Positions 1-12,314 of a stretch of 64,000 nt of DNA are shown one piece after another (within the stretch, counting starts at the first letter, position 1; every line of letters starts with the position of its first letter). The notes beneath the pieces are model-generated. The model had not been told where the DNA came from. It saw only the letters and a program-made list of their open reading frames with translations, and did not search any database. The stretch lies in assembly GCA_021613535.1 (NCBI GenBank), contig CP075492.1:7812001-7876000 (forward strand). The letters run 5' to 3'. Both the position numbers and the translations under genes were made by a program. Origin of the DNA: Adineta vaga (taxonomy: Eukaryota; Animalia; Rotifera).

Positions 1-1381
1 ATCTTCTGGTAATTTTTCTAGAAAAACAATATCTATTGAAATAATTGATCGTGATCAATATCATCGTAATGAAACATTTCTCATACGATTAGGTGAACCA
101 GTATTAATTAAAGATGATGACGAGAAAGGTGATGATTCACGTATGTTAAATAAAGAAAAAGAATATAATGATTGATTTTTATTTATTCCTTGTTTTTCTT
201 CTTCTTCTTTTTCAGCTCTGACAGATCATGATAGATTAATTGCGGAATTAGGAAAACCAAGATTAGGCGAAAAAAATGTTATTCGCGTTCGAATACGTGA
301 AAGCAAAGAATTTAAAGTATAAAGCCTACAATCATTCATTTTTGATTCTTTTCAATTGAACGTTTTATTTTTTTTTCTTCTACAAAAGAATGCAGTCGAT
401 AAAGCTTTATATAAAGCAAATACAGCTATACTTGTTGGCACATCGACATGGTTAGAACAATTCAAACAAGCTTTTAGTGTGAAAGGTAATATTTCTTAAA
501 CCAAATGAGAAAAAAAAAACATCCCATCTTTTTCTTGATTTTTAGATGATGACGATGATAATGATGTTGTTGAATCTGGTGATGCAAATGAGAGTAATGA
601 TGAACCAGCAACATGTAAAGATTATATGTTACATTTTATTTCATTTTTTTGGAAATTTTTATTTGCATTTGTGCCGCCAACAAGTTAGTGTTTATTTGTT
701 TTTCTATAGATAATTAATTTTATGAACATTTATTCTCAATAGGTATTGGTGGTGGTTGGCTTTGTTTTGTTGTTTCAATTTTAATTATTGGAGTGTTAAC
801 AGCAGTCATCGGAGATTTAGCGACACATGTAAATGAATTTATTTGATGATTTCATTTCATTATTTATCATTTGTTTAGTTCGGTTGTACAGTTGGTCTTA
901 CGGATACAATGACAGCCATTGCTTTTGTTGCTTTAGGAACATCATTACCAGGTAGGATGATCGAATTTTGTTTGAAAATCAAATCTTTCTTTTGTTTTTC
1001 ATAGATACATTTGCATCAAAAGTTGCTGCTGAACATGATAAATATGCTGATAGTTCAGTTGGAAATGTCAATGGTTCAAATGCTGTGAATGTTTTTCTTG
1101 GCATTGGTTTACCATGGGCGATATCAGCATGGTATCATTATTTTAAACAAACAAAATTCGAAGTGGAAAAGGGTTCACTATCCTTTAGTGTTACTTTATT
1201 TTGTTCATTTGCAGCTGTTGCTGTAGTAATTCTATTAGTAAGACGTTTAAAAGTTTTCGGAGGAGGAGAATTAGGTGGTCCAATGAAATATCGTCTCATC
1301 TCAAGTTCGATTTTTCTTCTACTTTGGATTGCTTATTTAGTATTAAGTGGACTCGAAAATTATTGTCATATTAGTTTGTAA
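1..1381 (+). CDS. NCX: Na+/Ca2+ exchanger (NCX/SLC8), 3' part, multi-exon; 5' end lies outside the window
   Basis: Spliced exons give the end of a Calx-beta domain (IEIIDRDQYHRNETF), W.EQFKQA, HFISFFWKFLFAFVPP and the alpha-2 repeat GTSLPDTFASK...GNVNGSNAVNVFLGIG; C-terminal TM region ends at stop 1379-1381. Confidence 0.95.
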
Positions 1382-1463
1382 AAACATTTGATGTCTTTCC
1401 GTTAAATACGTTTACTTGTCGATGTGTCTGTGTGTATTTTTTCTTGTCTCTCTTTTACAGAAA

Positions 1464-1502
<39 letters not shown>
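1464..1502 (+). repeat. (AAT)n microsatellite in NCX 3' region
   Basis: About 13 consecutive AAT units. Confidence 0.9.
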
Positions 1503-1503
<1 letters not shown>

Positions 1504-1635
1504 GAACAGAACGGTGCACTTAGGAAATTTCCTTAATGGATACCAGATTGATTTGATTGAAATTTAGTATTCATACAAAATAACACAAAAATATTTGTTT
1601 CTCTACATTAATAAAGTTCTTCGCTGACAATGATC

Positions 1636-1845
1636 TTACAATGGCAAATATTTTTGTTTGTCTCGAAATGGATTCTCTCTAGATGATTGAAATCTACCAA
1701 CAAGTGCATCATTTGTTTGATGATCTGTTGAATACCGAACGAGATCTTTACAAACAATAGATACTTTTACACGTTCACGTTCGGCTTCTTCACATAGCTG
1801 CTCACATAAACAACCGTTGAGCAAGATAAGTAGTTTGTGTGTGAT
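1636..1845 (-). pseudogene. G-protein gamma subunit-like sequence, probably degenerate
   Basis: EQLCEEAERERVKVS...DLVRY...DAL...ENPFRDK matches the GGL domain. The C-terminus is YLPL, so there is no CaaX cysteine. The N-terminal helix (HTQTTYLAQR) lies in another frame and no convincing ATG was found. Confidence 0.6.
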
Positions 1846-3755
1846 CTAAAAGAAAGAAAGACTTCGAGCTTAATACTATCGTGATTCGATGAAATCTTCT
1901 TCTTCTTCTCGATTCATTTCAAAGTAACTTTTCGTGACAATAACAGAATTTATCAATGTCAAAACAGGCGAGTCTCAGAAGTATTCTGCTGTTCTATAAA
2001 ATTTCCCGTCATCGTATAAATAATTTTTCTTCTCATAATTAGACAAGTAATATGATTAATCTTTTTAACTAGAGAAACTTTTACACTTACTTTCAAGTGC
2101 ATATGAACGTGATAAGGAAAAGTTGTCTGATATACGTCGATTTGAAATATGATCATGACTCGAAGATAATTGATTCAAACTAATAGTGTTATTATTTTGT
2201 GAGACTGACATTCGAATGATTTACAGGCTTTGAATTAATGATAATTAATCAAATTGTATAGCTTCTATTTTGGCATGATGTATATATCAATGTGGTTCTT
2301 TGTTTCAAGTTGAGAGATAAATACAATATTCGCAGTTGATATTATAAATTAACATAATTATCTACAGTTTGTTGACCAAATTTGTTAATCTCATTATTAT
2401 TCTAAATGAATACGAGTGTCAAATTGCAATAGTTAAATAACAAACGAACGAAGATTTTATAGACTTGAATGAAAAGAAGAAGAAAGAAAGAAGATATAGA
2501 AATTTACTCTTTTTCTTTTTGATGTACCGATGGATAAAATCTTTAGTATTCTTCTTTTTTTTGCATATCTACTGAACTTCTTGAGTAATTCTATTAAGGG
2601 AGAAAAGAAATAACTCAATATTAGCATGAAGAATTCAATTAATCGTATTGTATCTCAAGATTATCAGGTTTAATTAAGTCAAACTTTGATTGTACATTGA
2701 TGAACCACTTTATTCAGTTGATCGGAGGATGAGAAGAAAGAGAGAAATAGGATGCGCTTGGAAATTCCCGAAGAATGTCTTACATCAATCGATATTGACA
2801 TAAGAAACATTTCTTTTGTATTATTGTTTGAACACTAAATATAGAAGAAATTTCGAAGAGTAACATCATTGAGTAAATATAACTTTTTAGTAGGTTATCG
2901 TTTGCTCCACATTGTGATGCCTCGAATCAATCTCTGACTTACGACCATATTTGTAAACAATTCAACTATCACTTTGAATCTGATTATCAAATATCAAATT
3001 TCTGTATTCTCTATAAACTCACTTGTTTTCAACAACAAGACCTATACCTATAATAATCCTTTTCAATGCATACGTGTGGCTATTTCTGGCAATCTGAGGA
3101 CCACAAGAATTTTTCTATTCCTATAAATCAAAAAATTTTCAGTTTACTTGAATTATCAATTCAAAAGACACTCGGAATACATAATTACTCCACAAAAACG
3201 GGAAAATATCTGATATGAAACAAAATCACTCATTATCAACCAAACATATCACAGATGATCTATGAAATTTGAACTTTGTAATTCTCTTCGTGTTGTTTAC
3301 TGATCCATTTCAAATTATATGATCATATTCATATTTATAAATCAGACGTTATATTTACAAACAAAAGTCTGTGAAACTAAGAGTTTTTCATAACATATAG
3401 AAATATAGATGTGGTCTGAGAATCGATTCTGAGCACCATAATTGCAGTTAAATGACAGTCATTTAATTTTATACAGTAATTTATTTCTTTTGAATTCATT
3501 TTACACAATGAGCAACAAACAGAAAACAAACAGACATAGAATGAGTGTGTATATGTACGTATGTGTGTGTATGACTAGAAAGGAGATTCGTCATGAAATA
3601 TTCTTTTCTGTACATTTAATATCTATATATTTATATAAAGAAGGAAAAAACAGAGAGAGAGAAAGAGAGTGAGAGCGAGAGAAGAGGAATCATTGATGAC
3701 AAAGAAAAATGTATTCGAATACTAAAAAAGAAGCTTTGTTTTTATTAAAGAATAT

Positions 3756-5659
3756 TTAAGTTTGAGGTGGAGCTGGTTGATATTGTCCTTGTTGATAGGA
3801 TGCATATTGTGGTTGCATCATCATTCGTGGTTGATTTTGCCATTGAGGAGGTTGTGTTTGTTGTTGCATGTGATAGTTTTGTTGAGGATGATACATTGGT
3901 GGTTGTTGAGGTTGACCACCGTAGTTGTTATAAGCCATCTGTTGTTGTTGTTGTTGTTGTTGCTGCGATGATGATGGTGGTGGTGGTTGTTGATTAGATA
4001 CAAGATTTTGTGTATTCGTGGCTTGTGATGGTGAACTTGATGATGAAGGTTTAGGTGATGAAGGAGCTGGAATAATTGATTGTTGTTGACCATTTAATGG
4101 TGAATTAGGTTTAGTAATTTGATTAGGAGGAACAGTCATTCCTGGATCTGAAAAGTCAAATTTTAGCATAGAAAAATCTGTCGTATATTTTGGTTTACTT
4201 TGCTGCTGTTGATGATACATTGGATAGTGTTGTTGAGGCATACCACCATTAGGATGATGACCATAACCGTTTTGTTGCATTGGATATGAGTGTTGTTGTG
4301 GTGGTTGTTGCTGTTGAGGCATGTATGCTTGTTGTCCTTGCATATACGAAGAGGGTGCTTGTCCACCTGATGAATGATCCATTCCAGTACCATTCATAAC
4401 TCTACCTTGTTGTGGCATCATTTGTTGAGAAGGTAAATAGGGTCGTTGTTGCTGCGGTTGTGGCATAGATGGTAAATGAGATGATGTTGGTTGTGGTGTT
4501 GGTGCTTTATTCATAACTGGATTTTGGGGTGAAATAGATGATGCCATTGGACCAGAAGGAGATGGCGATGGTGCTGAATGAGCAGGTGATCGTTGTTGTT
4601 GAAGAGAAGATGCTACAGATGAATTAGTTGAACTAGTATTAGATGGCGGATAAAGACCACCACTTGTACTACCATGTGGACTTTTATTTAATGTTGATGA
4701 AGGAACATTCGATGGTACTGGACTATTAGTTTGAGCTCGATACACTTAAAAAACAAAATAATAGTTAATTTAATTAAAATTTGAATTAGAAATTCTATCA
4801 GATTGATCGATATTTCTCTCATTTAATGAATGTGATGAAAGCATTAATTCTAAGTTAACAGCTATCGAAAAACAGAACCATTTTTCTATGGATATGTTTT
4901 AATTTTATAACTCATAGTTTTGACACTTATCTAACTAAAACAAAATCATCTTCATATAATTCAATTTAACTAATTGTACGACAATAGTTACATTGAAAAA
5001 CACCACCTATCAGTATGATGAAGAACTGACACTTAACATATTAAACAATAAAATATACTTCCAAGTCATCAAATAGTCGATCTATCATAATATTTACTTT
5101 GTTCTGAAGTTGATGGTGGTCCACTCATTTGATTCTGTTGCATCATAGTATTTCCCTAAAATAGAGCATTTATGTATTTCATTGTCAGTCTTTTTCTTTA
5201 TAGAATTCTACCATCATCATCGGTTGTTGTTGTTGTTGTGTTTGCATAAATGCTTCCGGAGGCTAAGATGTCAAAGAAAACGAAATACTACTATGGAATT
5301 CTTCGAGATTTGAACATACGGGTAAATTATTTGGATGATGTGATTGTGTCATATCAAATTGTGTTAAATAAGTTAAATTTCGATGTAATGTACGTTGATA
5401 TCTAGAGATATAGAAGAATTATGATACTATTTTTCAAATTAAATAACATACTCAACGCATTCAGCTGGTCTTCCTTTCGATTGTAAATCAATTATTAATG
5501 ATATTAACTGTGAATTATCATCAAGTAACTAGAAAATAAAATAAATGAGCTATTCAAAAGTCAGCAGATAGATAGATAGATATTTACTTTTTGAATCGTT
5601 GGTTTTTGTTGCTGAGGCATTGGAGCCATTTGTTGTTGGGAATACATTGTTGAAATCAT
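3756..5659 (-). CDS. SS18: SS18/SSXT (SYT) family BAF-complex subunit
   Basis: Spliced exons give MISTMYSQQQ...LLDDNSQLISLIIDLQSKGRPAECVE.YQRTLHRNLTYL (SSXT domain), followed by a long QPGY-rich terminal exon at 3756-4745. Confidence 0.9.
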
Positions 5660-6264
5660 GCACAAATAATAACTGAGAGAGATTAGGATAGAAAAAAAAC
5701 AAGTAGTTCAAAAGAAAGAAAGACATGAGTTATTCACCAATGAATTTTTTCCAATGTAAAAAAAAGAAATGAATTCATAGAATTAATTGATTTTATTAAG
5801 AAATATTTTAAGAAAATACGTTTTTGATTCAGAAAAAATGAAATTATATTATAGATGTCACTCTCCTCACCAATAAGATCATTTTCTTTAATTGACAAAT
5901 AAACAACCATTTAGTTCTTTGATACTTTGATTCAATAAAGATTTTAATTTAAACTTATCTTAATAATGAAAACTAAAGAAGAAAGAGGACTTTTGTTCAA
6001 TTACATCTGATCTGAAAATCGAACATTAAACATTTTATCATATCTAAAGTTAGTTATTCGTCTGCAAAAGTGAACGATTGTAGTAAATTCTATTATTAAG
6101 AAGTACTTCTTAGCTTAGGTATGAGTTTCTTTTCCGATGATAATTCAAGTGCTTCGAAGTTAATAAATTTCCTTTGATTCAATACTAATCATTTCGATTA
6201 AATAGTTTATATTAGACAAATTCAGAACGATTTGTCATATTGAACTAATTCAATCGTATTTTAG

Positions 6265-8384
6265 ATGTATACTCGTCTTATCGTTAATTCTCGTTTGCAA
6301 CTATCATTATTAGTTCAACATATCAAAACTTTCTCTACAAAAACAACAACAACAGACATTCTTAAACCTTACCCGAGTTATACTGAACGTCAAATTACTC
6401 TTAGTATTAATACATCATCAGGTGATGATTTCGTTGAAATTGATCGTGAAACGAAAATTAAAGTTGTTAAACCAACAACACATATTCGTCCAACTATAAA
6501 TTATGTTGATACAAATCCATTAGGTGATAAAAATCAACCAATTGTTTTACTTGTACATGGTTATCCTGGTGCACATGAATCAACAAAAAATCTTATTGAA
6601 GAATTTCAACGAAGAAATTTTCGTTGCATTGCACCTGATATGCCTTGTTAGTTGATTCGATTTCAATTTCATTTAGATTCTTTGTTTATTTAGATTGTGG
6701 TAAAACCAAAATGCCGTTATGGAGTTCATTAGTTTGGAAAAATTCCGTTTATTTACGAGCGAGATTTCTTGGAGAATTACTTAAAAGTATAATGGGAAAT
6801 AAACTAATGTAGGTGAAATGATTTGAAAACGTTTTCGGTCTTTTTTTATTTATTTGAAGATTTCTTTCTCTTTTATTAAAGACCACTTCATGCTGTCATT
6901 GGTTTTCATGAAAATGCATATACATTAATGTCATTGATTGATCAATATGAATACTTTCGTTGTCAATCATTAGTTTTAATCAATCCAGTATCAAGAAAAC
7001 TGCTTCGGTAAGGAAAATGTACTGATTGTGAATGAAATCAACGATTTTGTTTTTATTCAAAGATTTCTTCCATTATCAAAAATGGCATTTGATTTCGGTA
7101 GACTTCCTCTTCATTGGCCCGTAGCAAAATTTCTTTTGAAAACTCTTGGCTATAAGGAATTATTGAAATATTCTCAACAGGAAATCATGGGTGCATTACG
7201 TATTTGGATGCTTGAAGATAAATATGAAGTAAAGTATTGATTTTATTTTCGAAAAAATGAACAAACTTATATTTTTGCTACTTTTTAATTAACAGTATGA
7301 TGCATACATTCACAATTTATGGATCTCTCGATTACGAACAATGGTGATTGTATCTGAAGAAGATAAATTCTTGGATAGAAAATTATTAAATGCATTAATT
7401 ACAGATTTAGCTGTGGAACCTTTCAATAAATGTAGGTGAGACAAAAAGAAATTGCAAATAATATAACAATGTATAGACTACATACTGACAATAGTCATGA
7501 GTGAAACCTTGAAACATCGATTTAATTGATAGATGCACATCTATTATTTATTCAGACAATGAAAGATACTTAATGAAACCTTAATTTTTTGAATGTGGAA
7601 TTCTTTTTTTTGATGAGTAAATTAGATTATCATTTTTTCCATTAATTACTATTCAATAATGAAATCAAGTTTGTTCGACCAAGAAACATCGTACATCATT
7701 TAATTTAAAGAAAAAAACTAGGAACATTCAGTGCTAAGGTACTATGGAGTCATTTGTGATGGGTTAATGCGACATAAAACTAATAGATCTACATCAATCT
7801 GTTGCTTTTCCCTAAATTTCAGCATTGATTCATTGTTTTTTTCTTCTCTTTTGTATTCTAGTCAATATGGCTAATGCAGTGATTAAAAAATATGCTTGTA
7901 CTCAGGATGAATTACTAACTGATCGCGTCAGTTTTGTTGCTGATGATATCGAAACGTTTGTTTCTTTAGCGCTTAAATCACCAGCTGCGACCATGTTCGT
8001 ATTTATAAGATTTCTTTCTTTTTCTTTATTCTTTCTACGTTTTCTTTCAATTTCATTAGAACACAATCATACGCATCGACAATAGCAAAAGAAAAGGGAA
8101 GGAAAACGCCTATCCAGACATCCGACAACGAACAAGTAAAATCGAATATTGAATTAGATGAAAATGCGTATAGACGCGCTGCGGCAAATGACTTTTTCTC
8201 CAATGCATTTGGTCCAAGTCAATCCGAATTAAAACCAAATCAACCACATAGTATACGTTCGACATTCGAAACTATTGCTGGTGGATTTATTGAAAAACGC
8301 AAAGCTGATACACCGCGAGAAACATTAGCAACGATAAAAGAAGAAATGAGAAAGAAAAAAATTCGCATTGAGACGAAAAATTGA
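6265..8384 (+). CDS. Alpha/beta hydrolase-fold protein, probably catalytically inactive, 7 exons
   Basis: VLLVHGYPG oxyanion motif, FRCIAPDMP and LVLINP strand. The nucleophile elbow reads GFHEN. The N-terminus is rich in R/K/S/T (mitochondrial-presequence-like). Exons join in frame to the stop at 8382-8384. Confidence 0.8.
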
Positions 8385-8529
8385 ATTCACATATATCTAT
8401 ATATGCAAATAAATGAACGTGAGATTGATGATTTGTTTTAACTATAAGTGTTTATATTGACACTAATCATGTAGATTTGTATGACAAAAGGTCATTTCAG
8501 ATTAAACATGTTCATTTGTTTTGTTTCAG

Positions 8530-11500
8530 ATGTTCTCATCACATCTCTATTGGTTTTTGTATCGTCGTCGAAACAAATTTATCATTCTTCTGATTATTAT
8601 ATTTTGTATATTATTTTATTTTCACACAACTGATCGTCAAAACAAATCATCCGAAGTTGAAAAAAGAACAAGTGTAGTAAACAAAGCGCATAATGGAAAA
8701 AAGATACGTATCAATCGAGATATTTACACAATACCTGAACCGTGTCATGGTTGTCCAGGTGAAAATGGTCAAGGCGTACAATTATCAGTAATGATTAGAG
8801 TAGAAAGATTGATCTATTTATTTATTGAAATCAAATTTTTAGGCAGCAGAATCAGTTAATTTAGATGCGGTTATAAAAAAAGAATTCTTTAATTTACGTG
8901 CAAGTGACAAAATTTCACTTTGGAGATCAATACCAGATACTCGTGATTCGTTGTATGTGAAATCTGTTTTATAGGAGACTATTTTCCATGAATATATCTT
9001 TGTCTATAGATGCAAAGCGATAGAATATCCGAAAGATTTACCAACAGCATCAGTTGTAATAGTATTTAAAAATGAACGTTGGTCACCAGTACTTCGAACA
9101 GTTTATTCTGTCTTGAATCGTTCACCAAAACATTTGCTCAAAGAAGTTATTCTCGTTGATGATCAATCGGATATTGGTGAGAGAAAAGAAAAAGTTATAT
9201 TTTGAAGAAAAGAAAAAACGAAGATAATTATTCTAGAGGAAATGGGTCAACGTCTAGACGATTATTGTGAAGAGAATTTTGGTGATCTAGTACGAATTTT
9301 ACGAGCACCAATGCGACTTGGATTAATTAAAGCGAAAAATTATGGCGCAAAAAATGGTTAGTCATCTTAGTAGTGATCGAAAGTAGAAGATCAATTGATG
9401 AAATATTTTTGTTTTTAGCTACGGGAGATGTTGTGGTATTTCTTGATGCTCATTGTGAAGCTAATACCGGATGGTAAATATATCGAATCTTTTCCCTTAA
9501 GTATAAGACTCATAAGATCTAGGCTTGAACCATTAGTTTATCGTATTAAACAAAATCGGGCAGTTATACTTTGTCCTATCATTGATACAATCAATAGGTT
9601 TTCTTTAACATACCGTTCGGGTTGGACTAACTGGATTGGCATATTTACATGGTCACTTCATTTTTCTTGGTCGCCTGTTTTTTCAAGAATTCAAAATTCA
9701 CGAAAATCAATCATTGATCCTACTCCGTAGTTTACCTTAGCTTTTGTCTTCGAGTTATCTTTTTTTTTGCTTTGTTTCATTTTATTTTGGTGATTGGTCA
9801 TTTTGATTTGTATAGGCTAGAACCGATTTTGCTCCGAATTAAGCAGAAACGTTCAGCTATTCTTTGTCCGGGAATCGATATGATCAGTGATAGTAATATG
9901 GGTTATGGTGTAAGTAAACTTACATGTTTTGTTGAAGATATTATTTTGAGATTTTCTAAGGGTACGGGTGATGGAAGTGTTGGAGGATTTTGGTGGTCAT
10001 TACATTTTAATTGGATTCCAGTTCCACAACGTATTCGAGATGCACAAAAAACTCGAGTTGATCCTTATCCGTATGTGGTTTTGGTTACATTTCTATTTTG
10101 AAAAAAAAACAAACAAATGCAACAATATATAATTACTAACGAATGTCGATATTTTAGATCACCAACAATGGCAGGTGGTTTATTAGCTGCACATCGCGAA
10201 TACTTCTTTGAAATTGGTGGTTATGGTGAGTAGTTTGATAAGAGATGTTTCAGTATCTTTATTTCTTTTCTTGTATTCTCATTTAGATGACGATATGGAG
10301 GTAAGATTTGTTTATTTCATTCGAATATCTATGAAATTAGAGAGAAAAATAAGAATAATAAAACACATTTGTAAAATATCTTTTCTATTTTAGTCGATAT
10401 TGAATTATAAATTGTCATATTTTAACAGGTTTACTATGCATGTCTCATAGGTTTTTCGAAAATGTGTCGCGATTCAGCTATTGCATGAATATTTCGCACT
10501 CTCCGATTGGAGGATTTATCTTTGGATCACCAACATCAATCGTTCGATTGAAAAAACTAGACAGCTAGGACTGAGTATCATTGCATGTTTACGTTTGCTT
10601 GAGAAACATTTTCGAAAATGTTTCTCAAAATTATCAAATAAAATACACTCAGAAGATATTGCCCTTCTGATTTCATTTCATATAGAGCTAAGAGATGCGA
10701 CTTCTTACATTAACAATAGAATATCTTCTTCTTGCGCATATAATCGATTTATTTTTAGGTTTGGGGTGGTGAAAATCTTGAAATCTCATTTCGTGTATGG
10801 ATGTGTGGCGGTAGTTTAGAATTTGTGCCCTGTTCTCGTGTCGGTCATATATTCCGTCCAGGTCATCCTTATAACATGACTGGAGCTAAAGGTAATTGTT
10901 CAATTGGTTATTAAAGAAAACAATTGTTTTATTCTCGTATTGAAGGTAAAGGTGATGTTCATGGTCGAAATTCGATGCGACTTGCTGAAGTATGGATGGA
11001 TGATTATAAACGGTTCTATTATATGCATCGACATGATTTGATAGTAATCATTTATGATAGATGTCTGAGAGTTGTTTTCTCAAGAGAATATTTATGTTTC
11101 TATAGGGCAAAGATTATGGTGATGTAGAAGATCGTCGAGCAATACGAAAACGTTTAAATTGTAAATCATTCAAATGGTATTTGGAGAATGTTTTTCCGGA
11201 AAAATTTATTCTTGATGAAAATGTTCATGCCTTTGGTGAAGTAAATAAACAAATACAAAGAGAAACGAGAATTTAAAAGAAAACCTTTCTTGTTTTCTTT
11301 TAAGGTTCGAAATCCTTCATCAAGTTTATGTTTAGATACATTAGGTAAAGATGAAAAAAGTTCAATACAATTAGCAATATTTTCTTGTCAAAATGGAGCA
11401 TCTGCAAATCAATACTTTTCATTAACAAAAACTGATCAATTACGTCGTGAAGATACATGTGCAATTACGTCTGGACGTACTTCAGATTCTGTAGGCGTAG

Positions 11501-11741
11501 TTTTATCTCAATGTGATTATTCTGATAAAAATCAAAAATGGATCCATGAAAAAGTAATGTTTATTTGAAAGTTTTTTCATATTCTATATTATCATTTCAG
11601 AACGGAACAATTGTTCATCATCCAAGTGAACTCTGTCTAGATGTTGAAGGTCTTGCCAATAATGATCAACTTAAACTAAGAAAATGTCAACCAAATAAAC
11701 CATCACAACAATGGCTATTCGAACATTATTCAAATCCTTAG
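8530..11741 (+). CDS. GALNT: Polypeptide N-acetylgalactosaminyltransferase with ricin-type lectin domain
   Basis: N-terminal TM segment, [24 protein letters not shown] (DxH), [45 protein letters not shown] and C-terminal QxW ricin repeats. Confidence 0.96.
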
Positions 11742-12189
11742 TATAATTATTGTAACCATCCGTATGTCTATAGAAAATATTAATTACTCAAGTTTCTTTG
11801 CTTCTTCTTCTTCTTCTTTTCCATTCCATATTTATGTTAATAACAGTGCTGTTGCTATTTCGTGATAAGAGACTTTTATTGATGTTGTTGATTTTATCTT
11901 TCTTTTTCTTGGCTTTAATTGTTTTGTTACCATTAACTATTAAATTATAATAATGAGAATGTATTCACAATCGTTCTAATTTCATTCTTTCAGTGAAAAG
12001 AATCAAAGATATTGGTTATTCTATATTTATATGTACGAACACATCAAAGGAAAAATTCATTGCACACATTCGAAAGACAGAAGCAAAGAAAAAATTGAAC
12101 ATTCCGCTGATCATACATATAAAAAAAACGAGTCTTTATAAATATGTCGAATGAAATGAATACAAAACACACATAAAAAGGAAAGGTGA

Positions 12190-12222
<33 letters not shown>

Positions 12223-12314
12223 CGTATGTCTTTATTGAGCATCATCATAAATTGAGAAAATGATGTCACCGGAAATTGAACAAATGAAAAGTAGATGAGA
12301 AAGAGAGAACTAAA

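Noticed and set aside
4148-4198. In-frame stretch KPKYTTDFSMLKFDFS inside the SS18 ORF
   Set aside because: Probably a 51-nt stop-free intron (gtaaac...ttcag); nothing indicates regulated retention
3762-4393. Several overlapping short ORFs on both strands
   Set aside because: Shadow frames of the CAA-rich SS18 exon
5006-5031. Possible 25-nt poison exon in an SS18 intron
   Set aside because: Weak donor (gtggtg) and not needed for the frame; unsupported
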